Virus record (IMG/VR): IMGVR_UViG_3300009159_008491
Span: 29,820-93,819 of that record
DNA length: 64,000 bases
Source: a virus
Reading direction: 5' to 3' (one strand)
In this document: positions 19,676 to 29,548 of the stretch, in pieces
Layout of the letters: each line of letters begins with the position of its first letter
How positions within the stretch are numbered: the first letter of the stretch is position 1
The notes under the pieces: model-generated
The model's input: only the letters and a program-made list of their open reading frames with translations
Database searches by the model: none
What the model was told of the DNA's origin: nothing
Position numbers and translations under genes: made by a program

Positions 19676-20538
19676 TAGTATAATATTTCTTTTAATAATT
19701 CTGTTAGTTGTTGTGCTCTAACAAAATATGTATGATTATCTAAAACATGATTATACCCTTCATTAGATATGTTTTCTAGTTTATCTGTGTTTTTAAGATA
19801 GTAACTTATTTTATCTAACAAATCTTTTTCTGAATTATAAACCACTAAGTGTTTGTTTAAATCAAATAATTTTTCTAAACTGGGAGTATGATTTGTAAAA
19901 AGCGTTGTTTTGCATCCAAGAGTTTCGAATGTTCTAAAGTTAATATCATCAGCTAAGTTTCTATTAAAATGAATCTTGTAAGAATTTATGGCTTTTACCA
20001 TATCGTTCCCAATTACAAAAACATCTTCTCTTAACCTATATTTACTTTTTATTAGATCAATCCAATTTTTTCTATTAAGATAGTTTCCACAAAATCCAAT
20101 GTCATATTTTTTTTCTATTTCTGACATTGGAAAAATTAAATCATCAGGATATGCATTCGGAAACCAAATTGTTTGTTGCTTTTTAAAATATGTTTGATGA
20201 TGTTCTATAGCACATAAAACCAATTGTATTTTATGTTTATTACAAGTATCTACATGTTGCTGTGGAACACAGTGAGAATCAATCGACCAAAAAATTTTGA
20301 ATTTTTTACTTTGAGATAAATCTGGAATCCAGCCGTTTATTTCATAGTTTTCCAACAATATGATAACATCACATTTTTCCTCCAGTTCTTTAAATGAAAT
20401 ATTGAAGTTATCGTAGTTTAAACCCCATACAACAGAATCATGACCCAATTTCTTTAAAGCTCTACTTAAATTGAGTGCCTCCCTAAATTCTTGATTTGCT
20501 AAGTGCCTTCCTTTTTCCTGTATTAATAAAAAATTCAT
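19675..20538 (-). CDS. CgeB/Glyco_trans_1_2-like GT-B glycosyltransferase
   Basis: YDIGFCG, INFRTFETLGC, ISNEGYNHVLDNHTY. Confidence 0.8.
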   Translation of the reverse strand: MNFLLIQEKGRHLANQEFREALNLSRALKKLGHDSVVWGLNYDNFNISFKELEEKCDVIILLENYEINGWIPDLSQSKKFKIFWSIDSHCVPQQHVDTCNKHKIQLVLCAIEHHQTYFKKQQTIWFPNAYPDDLIFPMSEIEKKYDIGFCGNYLNRKNWIDLIKSKYRLREDVFVIGNDMVKAINSYKIHFNRNLADDINFRTFETLGCKTTLFTNHTPSLEKLFDLNKHLVVYNSEKDLLDKISYYLKNTDKLENISNEGYNHVLDNHTYFVRAQQLTELLKEILY

Positions 20539-21206
20539 TATAATGCTAGATCAAAATTATTTTTTTTTCTTTTTTCATAATTCACTTTATCAACATTATT
20601 AAATGAATCATTTTTTACTTGTAAATTATCCCACTTTTCTCCTAACCATACCGGATGTTCATGTTTAATTATTACATGTGGTATGTATTTTACTTTATTA
20701 AGTATTCTAGAAACATCTGTAAATTCAGTATCACACCAAAGACTTACATATGTGGGGTTATATATATAACCAAATCGATCATAATATTTTTTGCCAAGTA
20801 TGGATAATGTATTTAAGTTTGAACCTTGATATCCATCGTTAAACCATAAAACTCCATCAGTATCTGGAAAGAATTTTTTAAAACTTTGTTTAATTATTGT
20901 ATCATATCCTTTTTCTTGAGGTATCATGTCATCAGAAGCAAGTAAAATCATATCATAATCATTATCATTCATATCAGCATTAATTGCCTCTATTTTGTTT
21001 TTATTATTTCCAAAGTAGAATTTTAGATTTTCATATTCTTTAAATTTGTTTATAATAATTTCATTATTCATTGTAGAATCGTCAGCGTCACAACTGATTA
21101 TGAATCTAGTATTTGACAAATCATCCAAAAGATTATAATATTTATCTAAAACTAAAAAAAACTTATCAGGTCTTGATCTTGTAGGGAATTTAATTAGTAA
21201 TTTCAT
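20538..21206 (-). CDS. GT2-like glycosyltransferase
   Basis: KFPTRSRP, LASDDMIP, WCDTEF, IKHEHP. Confidence 0.75.
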   Translation of the reverse strand: MKLLIKFPTRSRPDKFFLVLDKYYNLLDDLSNTRFIISCDADDSTMNNEIIINKFKEYENLKFYFGNNKNKIEAINADMNDNDYDMILLASDDMIPQEKGYDTIIKQSFKKFFPDTDGVLWFNDGYQGSNLNTLSILGKKYYDRFGYIYNPTYVSLWCDTEFTDVSRILNKVKYIPHVIIKHEHPVWLGEKWDNLQVKNDSFNNVDKVNYEKRKKNNFDLAL

Positions 21207-21894
21207 TTGTAATTTGTGATTTTATTAAAAATTTCATTCTGTCAATATTTAAAATTTTAAAATTAAAGTTAATAATTTCATTTCTATTTTCAAAAATTAG
21301 TTCTATTGTTTTGCTTTGTTCAAAACAAGCCATTAAGTTTTTGGGGTAATTATCAAATATTTGTAAATTATTCTCAAGCTCAATAGTATCAGAAAAATTT
21401 ATATTTTTTATAAACTTTAAAAGTTCTTTTCCTCTATATACTGTTCCGTCTAAATTAAACGGATAACCAAAGTCCATATAGTGCTTTGACCAGTCCCAAA
21501 TTAAAATTCCATCATCTTCTCTTTCAGATATGAAAACATTATCGCAACCCATATTAGAACAATATGTTATATTTTTTCCAAGACCTAATCCGAAGCAAAA
21601 TATTTCTTGATATAAAAGTGTATTTTTTATTTTTTCTATATCAACCCTGTCATAGAAAAATTTATTTTCATCAATTATTGTAAAATTATTTTTGACATCA
21701 TTTTCAATAATTTCAACTAATTGCCTTTTTAAATCATTAACAACCAAAACATTATATTTATTTTGACTGTCTTTTAAAAGATTATTTTGATCTAAAATTG
21801 CAATTGAATATTCTCCAATAACTTGATTTTCAATACTTTTAATGAGTAAATCAAGATTTTCTAAGTTTCTGTTTAAAATAATTATAAATTTCAT
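21190..21894 (-). CDS. Degenerate GT-A-like protein
   Basis: IIDEN at the DXD position, WDWSK, DFGYPFNLDGTVY; operon context. Confidence 0.4.
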   Translation of the reverse strand: MKFIIILNRNLENLDLLIKSIENQVIGEYSIAILDQNNLLKDSQNKYNVLVVNDLKRQLVEIIENDVKNNFTIIDENKFFYDRVDIEKIKNTLLYQEIFCFGLGLGKNITYCSNMGCDNVFISEREDDGILIWDWSKHYMDFGYPFNLDGTVYRGKELLKFIKNINFSDTIELENNLQIFDNYPKNLMACFEQSKTIELIFENRNEIINFNFKILNIDRMKFLIKSQITNEITN

Positions 21895-22721
21895 AATAAT
21901 AGTGGTTTTTTATTTTGAATTAAATCTTGTGTATTATAATATAAATCTGAATTTGTTTTTTCAGAATTAATTGGATTGTCTACATTATAGATATAAATGA
22001 CATCTTTTATATGTAAAACATTATTAAAACCAGCTAATTCTGCTAAAGGATAAAAAATAGCCATGTTTGAACAACATGAAAACCAACTTCCATTTTCATC
22101 TGTGAAACTATTAAATAGGGGATCAGTTTCCATGAATTTTGAGTACAAAGAATTTTTAAAAGTAATAGGATGTGAAAGTTTTGAAGTAATTCTCCTTAGA
22201 ACAGAAAATTCTTTTTCTGAATAAGGTCCAGAATAGCACTTTTTTCCATCTGATAATTTTGCTGAACCATAAGTTAATAAACAGTTAGTCTGATTATAAT
22301 AATCATTTATTTTACTTAGTACGTTTTTATTTACTAACCAATCATCTCCATATAATATAAATATAATATCATCTGGATCCTGACTTGCATTTATTATTGC
22401 ATTATGTATATTGGGCAAAGCAGTTAATCTTTTGTTTGATCTCCAAGCATTTACTTTGTTGCACTTTGTTATTTCTAATATTGGATGAATTTCAGTAATA
22501 ATCAATTCTCCTTTTTCATCTCTTACTGGTTCATTGTTTTCATCAGTTTGATATGTACAGGCAGGTATTTTATTATAACTATCATCAGTTGATGAATCGT
22601 CTATAAATAAAACATCATAATTATCATAATCTTGAGTTAGGACTGAATTTATACACATATCTAAAAAATCGCCCGGATTGTGGAAAGGAATAATAACCTT
22701 TATTTTATTGTTTTTTGACAT
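21891..22721 (-). CDS. GT2-family glycosyltransferase
   Basis: VIIPFHN, CINSVLTQDYDNY, IDDSSTD, LYGDDWL. Confidence 0.85.
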   Translation of the reverse strand: MSKNNKIKVIIPFHNPGDFLDMCINSVLTQDYDNYDVLFIDDSSTDDSYNKIPACTYQTDENNEPVRDEKGELIITEIHPILEITKCNKVNAWRSNKRLTALPNIHNAIINASQDPDDIIFILYGDDWLVNKNVLSKINDYYNQTNCLLTYGSAKLSDGKKCYSGPYSEKEFSVLRRITSKLSHPITFKNSLYSKFMETDPLFNSFTDENGSWFSCCSNMAIFYPLAELAGFNNVLHIKDVIYIYNVDNPINSEKTNSDLYYNTQDLIQNKKPLLL

Positions 22722-22725
22722 GTCT

Positions 22726-22739
22726 CAAAAGTATAAATA
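22726..22739 (-). promoter_or_regulatory. Overlapping TATTTAT and Bacteroidota -7 (TACTTTTG) elements at the head of the glycan locus
   Basis: Minus strand reads TTATTTATACTTTTGAGAC-ATG. Confidence 0.4.
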
Positions 22740-22786
22740 AACTTTTTAATAGAAATAATAGTTTTTAAAAAATTCTTTCTATTTAT

Positions 22787-23164
22787 ATGAAAATATTAAA
22801 TATGAAGACCAATAAAATATCTAAAGATTTTATTTTAGAATCTATTGAAAAGCAAGCTAAAATATACGCTAGAAAATCTGAATTATATGATTTAATTAAA
22901 GAGGTAAATGAAGAATTAAAACAATTAAATGAAAATTCTCCTATTGCTTCTTTTGGTTTTATAGCATCAAATGATGCTTTTGGAATGGGAAAAGCTGCAA
23001 GAACAGGCTTTGTTAATACTCCAAATATTTCTTATATAGCTCAACTTGAACAAGAAATGAATTCTAATAATATAAATGAAGAGAATTTAATGGAAATTGA
23101 TGAGCTGAAAAAAGAAAATGACGCTTTAAAAAAAGAATTAGAAGATTTAAAAAAGAAAAAATAA
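22787..23164 (+). CDS. Hypothetical coiled-coil protein, putative head-associated; true start probably 22802
   Basis: TATTTAT at 22780-22786 abuts the first ATG but lies 15 nt before the second; contains ILE, LNE and INE motifs. Confidence 0.65.
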   Translation: MKILNMKTNKISKDFILESIEKQAKIYARKSELYDLIKEVNEELKQLNENSPIASFGFIASNDAFGMGKAARTGFVNTPNISYIAQLEQEMNSNNINEENLMEIDELKKENDALKKELEDLKKKK

Positions 23165-23222
23165 TTTTTTTACATATTTAGTATTATATACTTAATTCAA
23201 TTAATTAAAAAATTCAAATAAA

Positions 23223-23861
23223 ATGAAAATAACAAAATCACAGCTTGTACAAATAATTAAAGAAGAAGCTGCAAGTTTCAAAAAAGAATTGACTCTTAAA
23301 AAGCAGTTAGCTGAAATTGAAAAACAATTAAACGAAGTTCATGCTGGAGCTGAAATGAGTTCAACCTCAAATAATGGTGTTCATGCTGGTCAAAAGAAAC
23401 CTGTTTTCAATAAAAAAGGTTCTAGTTTAATTGAGATTGAAGATGAAATGCAAAATCAAGAAGCTATTCTTGATGCTTTAAAAACTATTGCTGCAGCTTG
23501 TGGTTTAACAGGGACAATTGAATTAGCTGGAGAAGAAGAATCTGGTGAAGAGGGCGAAGAAGAAGTTGATGTTGATGTGATTGAGCCTGCTGAAGAAGAA
23601 GAAGAAGAAGAAGAAGAAGAAGAAGGTGAAGGCGAAGAAGAAACTGAAACTGAGACTGAGACTGAGACTGAGACTGAGGCTGAAATGGAAGAAGGTGAAA
23701 TGGAAGAAGGTCGTGGCATTGTGAATCAAGAAGGCGAAATGGAAGAAGGAGAAATGGAAGAAGAAGGTCGTGCTATTGTGAATCAAGAAGAAGAAGGTAA
23801 AATGATGAATGAATCTGTTGAAAGAAAAAGAATGATGCAACTTGCTGGTCTTAAAAAATAA
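23223..23861 (+). CDS. Highly acidic putative head/scaffold-type protein
   Basis: MKITKSQLVQIIKEE start, poly-Glu and ET tracts, C-terminal NESVERKRMMQLAGLKK. Confidence 0.65.
   Translation: MKITKSQLVQIIKEEAASFKKELTLKKQLAEIEKQLNEVHAGAEMSSTSNNGVHAGQKKPVFNKKGSSLIEIEDEMQNQEAILDALKTIAAACGLTGTIELAGEEESGEEGEEEVDVDVIEPAEEEEEEEEEEEGEGEEETETETETETETEAEMEEGEMEEGRGIVNQEGEMEEGEMEEEGRAIVNQEEEGKMMNESVERKRMMQLAGLKK
23592..23790 (+). repeat. Coding simple repeats: (GAA)11, (GARACT)6 and a duplicated EMEEGEMEE(E)GRxIVNQE unit
   Basis: Seen directly in the sequence. Confidence 0.9.
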
Positions 23862-23891
23862 ACTACCACTACTCTTTATATAAATAAAATT

Positions 23892-23916
23892 AGCCCGGAG
23901 AAATCTGGGCTTTTTT
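23892..23916 (+). terminator. Intrinsic terminator
   Basis: AGCCCGGA-GAAA-TCTGGGCT followed by a T-tract. Confidence 0.85.
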
Positions 23917-23938
23917 ATTGCTTATATTTTTACAAAAT

Positions 23939-23968
23939 AAAAAAAACCCGACTTAAAAAAATCGGGTT
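23939..23968 (-). terminator. Intrinsic terminator of the convergent minus-strand genes
   Basis: A-tract-CCCGA...TCGGGTT hairpin. Confidence 0.7.
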
Positions 23969-23992
23969 ATTAAAAATTATTATTTTAAAATA

Positions 23993-24208
23993 CTAATACA
24001 ATAAGTTATTTGTGGATCTTTGATGCATTTCAAAAATTGAACCACAGCAAGTACAATTATAAACTTTTACTTTTTTTACTTTTGGTTGTTGGTTTGATGA
24101 CTCATTTAAGAGTTGACTATTATTTTCAACAATAGTCTTTACTGATTCTGCAAATACTGGATTTGAACATCCATTGGGACAATTTACCCTATTAATTAAT
24201 TCTGCCAT
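23993..24208 (-). CDS. Small zinc-ribbon protein
   Basis: CPNGC ... CTCC pairs; TATTTAT upstream. Confidence 0.65.
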   Translation of the reverse strand: MAELINRVNCPNGCSNPVFAESVKTIVENNSQLLNESSNQQPKVKKVKVYNCTCCGSIFEMHQRSTNNLLY

Positions 24209-24240
24209 TTTACTTATGTTTTACAATAAATAGTATTAAA

Positions 24241-24948
24241 TTATTTATACTTATCTAAAATCTTGCTTATTACCTTATTTCTAACAATATCATTTTCAGA
24301 GAATTTAAAAACACCTATTTCTTCGATATCTGATAATCTATTTAAAGCATCATATAATCCAGTTTCTTTTGTATCTTTATATCTATCAGATTGTTCAAGA
24401 TCACCGCTTATAATGAATTTTGAATTATATCCTATTCTAGTTAATAATGTTTTAACTTGTCTTGGAGTAGCATTTTGAAATTCCTCTGCTATTACTATAG
24501 CATTATCAATATTTATACCCCTCATAAAAGCAAGTGGTATAACTTTAATATATTCTCTTTCAATTAAACTTTGAACTCTACTTTTACCTAAAGCTTTCTC
24601 AAAAAGATAGATAGAAGAGTATATATATGGTTCCATCTTTTCCTCTAGTGAACCTTTTAAATAGCCAAGTTTTTCATCAGCTTCTACTGCTGGTGTACAT
24701 AATATAATTTGATAAAAATCATTATTAGGATCTTTTAAAATTTCTAGTGCTTTTAGAATAGAAATCATTGATTTCCCAACTCCTGCGGGACCAGAACAAA
24801 TAATTATTTCTTTGTTATCAATTAAATTTAAAAATTCTTTTTGACTATTATTTTTTGGTTGATAGTAAAGATCTCCTATTAAAATTTCAAGATCTTTTTT
24901 TGTCTCAGTTTGATAGTATGAGTTTGGTTTTTTCTTTTTTGATGGCAT
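24241..24948 (-). CDS. phoH: PhoH-like ATPase
   Basis: GPAGVGKS, PAVEADEKLGYLKG, PLAFMRG, AEEFQN, LTRIG, GDLEQSD, DIVRN. Confidence 0.92.
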   Translation of the reverse strand: MPSKKKKPNSYYQTETKKDLEILIGDLYYQPKNNSQKEFLNLIDNKEIIICSGPAGVGKSMISILKALEILKDPNNDFYQIILCTPAVEADEKLGYLKGSLEEKMEPYIYSSIYLFEKALGKSRVQSLIEREYIKVIPLAFMRGINIDNAIVIAEEFQNATPRQVKTLLTRIGYNSKFIISGDLEQSDRYKDTKETGLYDALNRLSDIEEIGVFKFSENDIVRNKVISKILDKYK

Positions 24949-25066
24949 AAAAAACTTATTTATTTATAAATATACTATAAATATTATTATATGTGATTAT
25001 TAGATTAAATTATAAATTTAAAAAATAATATTTTAGTAAACTATTTATTTAAATAAATCTCAAAAG

Positions 25067-25966
25067 ATGAAAAAAAACATTTCAGTTCAAGAAATTGAAG
25101 AAATTATTAAAAATAAGCTTCGTCAAAATGGAGTTTTGGATATAGTTGGTCAAGAAAAAGTTTCAGAAATAAAAAATAAAATCAAAGATATTCTGGAAAA
25201 TGGAAAGAAATTACAAGAAGTGGAAGCTCAAAATCCGACAGCAGCACAACCTGCTCCTGAAAAAGTACAAACTTCTAACCCTAATATAACTGTAAAAACT
25301 ACTGAAGATCCTGAGAAAACTGAGATAGTAAAAAAAGAAACAGAGATTGAAATAAAACAGAGAGAATTATTACAAAAAGAATTTGAATTAGAGCAAAAAG
25401 AAAAAGAATTACAACAGAGAGAAAAAGAATTAAGTTATAGACCAGAAATGCCGGAAGTTCTCAAGAATATAGAACCAGAATCAATTATTGTTTTTAGTGA
25501 AAATGAATTAAGTCTTGGTTCAGAAAGTTTATCTAATAGAAAATTCAGAATGAAATCTGACCCTGATGATAAAAAATCTATTCATGATTTATGGTTATTA
25601 AGTGCTATAACTAAGGCTAATGTTTATGTGGTTGAATTAAAAAAAATAGGCGATCTTATTTTTAATCCTTATGAAGGTAATGCTACTTTTGAGAATGTAA
25701 CTGAATTACTTGAGTTGCCTAAACTTGATGATGAATATGAAATGAATCATAATGTAGAACAAGCAGTCCAAAGTCAACAACCAAAAGAAGAAATGCTTGA
25801 TGCTATAAAACCTATTACAGATGTAAGTCAACCAATAATGAATGTTGATGAATTAGAAAAAGAAAAGTTTCATAATAATTTTAAAGATGCTATTTCAAAG
25901 ATAGTAAGTGATGAACTTAATAAAATTAGTAGTCAAACTACAAAAAAGAATATTTTTAGCTTATGA
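25067..25966 (+). CDS. Acidic coiled-coil hypothetical protein
   Basis: Heptads KETEIEIKQRELLQKEFELEQKEKELQQREKEL; TATTTAT upstream. Confidence 0.7.
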   Translation: MKKNISVQEIEEIIKNKLRQNGVLDIVGQEKVSEIKNKIKDILENGKKLQEVEAQNPTAAQPAPEKVQTSNPNITVKTTEDPEKTEIVKKETEIEIKQRELLQKEFELEQKEKELQQREKELSYRPEMPEVLKNIEPESIIVFSENELSLGSESLSNRKFRMKSDPDDKKSIHDLWLLSAITKANVYVVELKKIGDLIFNPYEGNATFENVTELLELPKLDDEYEMNHNVEQAVQSQQPKEEMLDAIKPITDVSQPIMNVDELEKEKFHNNFKDAISKIVSDELNKISSQTTKKNIFSL

Positions 25967-26433
25967 TAATTTCTGAAACATATAAGAGTAGATTAAGAGA
26001 GCTAAGCGGAATTGTTAACGAAATAGAACTTAAAGCCACCTCCGGTAGAAGTGGTGTTAATACATTAAGTTATTTTGTTGAAGAATATCTTCTTAATCTA
26101 GGTGGTATGATTTTAGATATATTGAATAAAAAAACTGAAGAAAATCCAAATAAAAATTTTAAAATAAATCAACCAGAAAATAAAATTTCAAACAATTCGC
26201 TTTTCATGTCTTTTCAGATTGAAGATTTAACAGATAAAAATAATGTTAAAGAAATCAATTTTAATTTGAATTTGTTGGTGAAATTAGAATCTAATTCTAA
26301 TACGGTTGCTATCTTGAAATATGAAAATGTTAATGATGAATTTAATTTACAATCTAAACATTCAGAACAAGATATTCAAGACTTTTTAAATGAAATTACA
26401 ACAAGAGTATTTAATATAGAAAAAACTGCTTAA
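25963..26433 (+). CDS. Hypothetical protein, putative head-associated
   Basis: MIISETYKSRLRELSGIVNE N-terminus. Confidence 0.65.
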   Translation: MIISETYKSRLRELSGIVNEIELKATSGRSGVNTLSYFVEEYLLNLGGMILDILNKKTEENPNKNFKINQPENKISNNSLFMSFQIEDLTDKNNVKEINFNLNLLVKLESNSNTVAILKYENVNDEFNLQSKHSEQDIQDFLNEITTRVFNIEKTA

Positions 26434-26480
26434 TATTCTTTTTTGTATTAAATTGAATTAATTTAATAAAAATAAATAAA

Positions 26481-26798
26481 ATGAATTACTGGAAAATTAC
26501 AAATTTGTCTACACAAAATGCTAAGCTTATTGTTAGTACTGCCCCTAATCACTCAAAAGGTTTAGTGTTAAGACCGGGTGAATTTTGCCTATCAAATCCA
26601 AAACAAACCCCTGTTATGGATGCTCAAATAAGAAGAAAATTAATTTCTGTTGAAAAAGATTTTGATAACTCAAAATATAATTTCAAAATCGCTGAAGCTT
26701 ATAATTTAGATATTTTAAACAATCTTATTCAAGAAGAAAATGATAAGATGAAAGAAGCAAAAGTTGATGCTGAAAATTATATGAATAATCCTGAATAA
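26481..26798 (+). CDS. Hypothetical protein
   Basis: 105-aa ORF with an A-rich start context. Confidence 0.65.
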   Translation: MNYWKITNLSTQNAKLIVSTAPNHSKGLVLRPGEFCLSNPKQTPVMDAQIRRKLISVEKDFDNSKYNFKIAEAYNLDILNNLIQEENDKMKEAKVDAENYMNNPE

Positions 26799-26808
26799 AA
26801 ATTTTTTT

Positions 26809-27387
26809 ATGAAAGAAACAATTGGTGGAATATCAAATGAATATTGTTATCTGAACTATAGTGATTTTAACAACATAACTACTACTACAAGTTTAACTGG
26901 AACTAGTGGTAGTTATGTATATGATATAAATACAACAACTAATGTTCCATACAATTATACTTATGTAAATGGTTCTAATAGTAGTAATATTATATCATTA
27001 AATGCAGATTATTTTAAAGACGGATTAATTAAGAATTTATTAGATAGATTCATTGAAATAAGAAGTTTGATAAAAAAACAATCTTTTTATGAAATTTTTA
27101 ATGTTAAAAAAATCAGTTTTTTAAAAGATAAAACTAAAATTGTTTGCACGAAAGATATTGACATGGATTATATAAATGAATTAAAAAGTGAATCAGTTTT
27201 GTTGTTGGAATGTATTGATGTTCCGACTGATAATTATAAGGAAAAAGCAATTAATCACAATAATCATAAGTTATCAGATTCTAATTTTATGTGGACAACT
27301 AATAATACATATTTTGCAGTTGCAGATAATCCTGTTAATATTAATTGGACTAATTCCATAAATAATACTATAACTTATACTATTTAG
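26809..27387 (+). CDS. Hypothetical protein with Thr/Asn-rich termini
   Basis: 192-aa ORF fitting the gene-dense layout. Confidence 0.55.
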   Translation: MKETIGGISNEYCYLNYSDFNNITTTTSLTGTSGSYVYDINTTTNVPYNYTYVNGSNSSNIISLNADYFKDGLIKNLLDRFIEIRSLIKKQSFYEIFNVKKISFLKDKTKIVCTKDIDMDYINELKSESVLLLECIDVPTDNYKEKAINHNNHKLSDSNFMWTTNNTYFAVADNPVNINWTNSINNTITYTI

Positions 27388-27436
27388 TATTCTATTTGTT
27401 TTTTTTATTTATTATTTTTTCGGAAACAATTAATAT

Positions 27437-28699
27437 ATGTCAGATAACAAAATTAAAATTTTATTGGTGCCAAGTGATTTGGCAGGTGTAGGTCATTACA
27501 GAAACATTTGGCCGGGTCAAGAAATTAATAAAAAATTTGGAGATAGATTTAAAATTGAAATAGATCACACACCAGATTTTAATGATGTAAACTTTTTCGC
27601 ACAATTTGATATTGTACATTTCCATAGACAATTAGGTCAATTTGAAAATCAAGAAAAATTAATTAAAGAATTACGTAACAGAGGAGTTATCACAATTATG
27701 GATCTTGACGATTATTGGATGCCACCGAAAGAACATCCAATGTATGGAGCAGCTATAAAAGAAAGGCTTGCAGAAAAAGTTACAGCAACATTTAAAATGG
27801 TTGATTATGTTACAACTACAACTGATATTTTTGCTAGTCATATAAAAAAATATAATCAAAATGTTGCAGTAATTCCAAATGCAATTGATATGTCTCATCC
27901 TATGTGGTCACAGGAAGATACAAGAAAATCAGATAGAATAAGAATCTCTTGGATCGGAGGATCTAGTCATGAAAAAGATTTAGAGTTACTTAAGAGTTCT
28001 ATGAATATTCTTCATAATGATTCTAATCTAAATGGAAAATATCAAATAGTAATGTGTGGATATGATGTTAGAGGGTATATTACTGAAGTAGACCAAAATG
28101 GTAATGTTATCAATAATAGAAAAATATTCCCACACGAAACAATATGGAATAAATTTGAATCAATATTCACTGATAATTATAATACAAATTTAATTTCAGA
28201 ATCTTATAAAAAATATTTATTAAGATATGAAAATATTAATTTTAAAGATCAAGATGTTTATGAAGGGCCATATGTTAGAAGATGGACATTGCCATTAACT
28301 CAATATGGTAAACATTATAACTATTGTGATGTTTGTTTGGCCCCTCTTGCTGAAAATACTTTTAATGAAGTAAAATCCGAATTAAAGATCATTGAGGCTG
28401 GACTGACTAAAAAAGTGTTAATAGCTCAAGAATACGGTATTTATAAAGATTTAATCAAACATGGTGAAAATGGTATTTTAATACCAAAATCAAAAAATGT
28501 TAGAGGGTGGTACGAAGCCATAAAAAAGGTTGTTAATGATAAAGAGTACAGAGAAATGCTTTCAAGTAACTTGTATGATTTTGTAAAAGATAAATATACT
28601 CTTGAGGTAGTAACGGCAAAGAGAGTTGCTTGGTACGAAGAAATATTTGAAAAAAATAAGAAAAATAGTCTGATTTTAACGGAATCATTATCAAACTAA
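27437..28699 (+). CDS. GT-B glycosyltransferase
   Basis: GVGHYR, MDLDDYW, VIPNAID, WIGGSSH, LAPLAENTFNEVKSELKIIEAG. Confidence 0.85.
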   Translation: MSDNKIKILLVPSDLAGVGHYRNIWPGQEINKKFGDRFKIEIDHTPDFNDVNFFAQFDIVHFHRQLGQFENQEKLIKELRNRGVITIMDLDDYWMPPKEHPMYGAAIKERLAEKVTATFKMVDYVTTTTDIFASHIKKYNQNVAVIPNAIDMSHPMWSQEDTRKSDRIRISWIGGSSHEKDLELLKSSMNILHNDSNLNGKYQIVMCGYDVRGYITEVDQNGNVINNRKIFPHETIWNKFESIFTDNYNTNLISESYKKYLLRYENINFKDQDVYEGPYVRRWTLPLTQYGKHYNYCDVCLAPLAENTFNEVKSELKIIEAGLTKKVLIAQEYGIYKDLIKHGENGILIPKSKNVRGWYEAIKKVVNDKEYREMLSSNLYDFVKDKYTLEVVTAKRVAWYEEIFEKNKKNSLILTESLSN

Positions 28700-28734
28700 T
28701 TAATTTCTAGATATTTATTATAAAAAATAATATA

Positions 28735-29544
28735 ATGAAGAATATTAGTTTAAACTTAGGTTCAATAAAAGATACTATTTTTAGATACTCATCTAAAACT
28801 ATTATTAGCGAAGGTAAAAGTTCAAGTTTTGTTGATTTATTCATAAATGAGCTTAAAAACAAGCCTATTTTGAAGCTCCAGTACTTGATTTATAAAAATT
28901 TAGAGAATTCTAATTTTGAAAAAGAATATCTTGCCGAAAGATATCTTAATCAAAATATCAATCTAATTAAAGATTGTGATTGGAACGATATTCTTAAAGA
29001 AAACAAGTCATTTAGAACTGATATTTTAAAGAATTTTCATGTAGAAGGAGATAAAAATAAAGAAGAATTGTATGAGTGTATACATACTCTTATAAAATCA
29101 AAATCTATGAAAAATTTTACTGATTTTGATGATGAAAATAAAGCTTATGAATATGTTGTAAATTATTTAACTAAAAAAGAGTCTAATAACATTCAAGAAA
29201 ACACCACTAATTCAGAAGAAAATGAGATTCCTAAATTGCTTTCTTGGAAGTATGTTACAGAATTAGCAGTAAATAGTTTTAATGATAGATATGCTCATTT
29301 AAGTGAATCAGAACAAAGTTTACTTAAAATATTAATGTCTGATTCAGATTATAAAAATAATTACCTACAAGATCTTAAACAAGAAAATTTAAATTTAATT
29401 AATGGACTTTTAATTAAAGAATCTGATGATGAAGTTAAAAGTAATTTGATGAAATTTAAAAATAAAATTCAAGTTCTTAAAGAGGGTAATGTAGACGAAT
29501 CAATAATTAACTTGTATGAGTTAAAAATGAATCTTGAAAATTAA
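28735..29544 (+). CDS. Hypothetical helical phage protein
   Basis: 269-aa ORF with FNDRYAHLSESEQ; TATTTAT upstream. Confidence 0.7.
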   Translation: MKNISLNLGSIKDTIFRYSSKTIISEGKSSSFVDLFINELKNKPILKLQYLIYKNLENSNFEKEYLAERYLNQNINLIKDCDWNDILKENKSFRTDILKNFHVEGDKNKEELYECIHTLIKSKSMKNFTDFDDENKAYEYVVNYLTKKESNNIQENTTNSEENEIPKLLSWKYVTELAVNSFNDRYAHLSESEQSLLKILMSDSDYKNNYLQDLKQENLNLINGLLIKESDDEVKSNLMKFKNKIQVLKEGNVDESIINLYELKMNLEN

Positions 29545-29548
29545 AAAG

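Noticed and set aside
7370-22721. Interpretation as a bacterial LPS/capsule locus on a chromosome or in a prophage-host junction
   Set aside because: Flanked on both sides by phage-type genes with the same composition and motifs; no flippase, polymerase, integrase or att site seen
23456-23840. Minus-strand poly-Ser and poly-Phe ORFs (23456..23719, 23523..23840)
   Set aside because: Antisense shadows of the GAA/GAGACT repeats in the acidic protein
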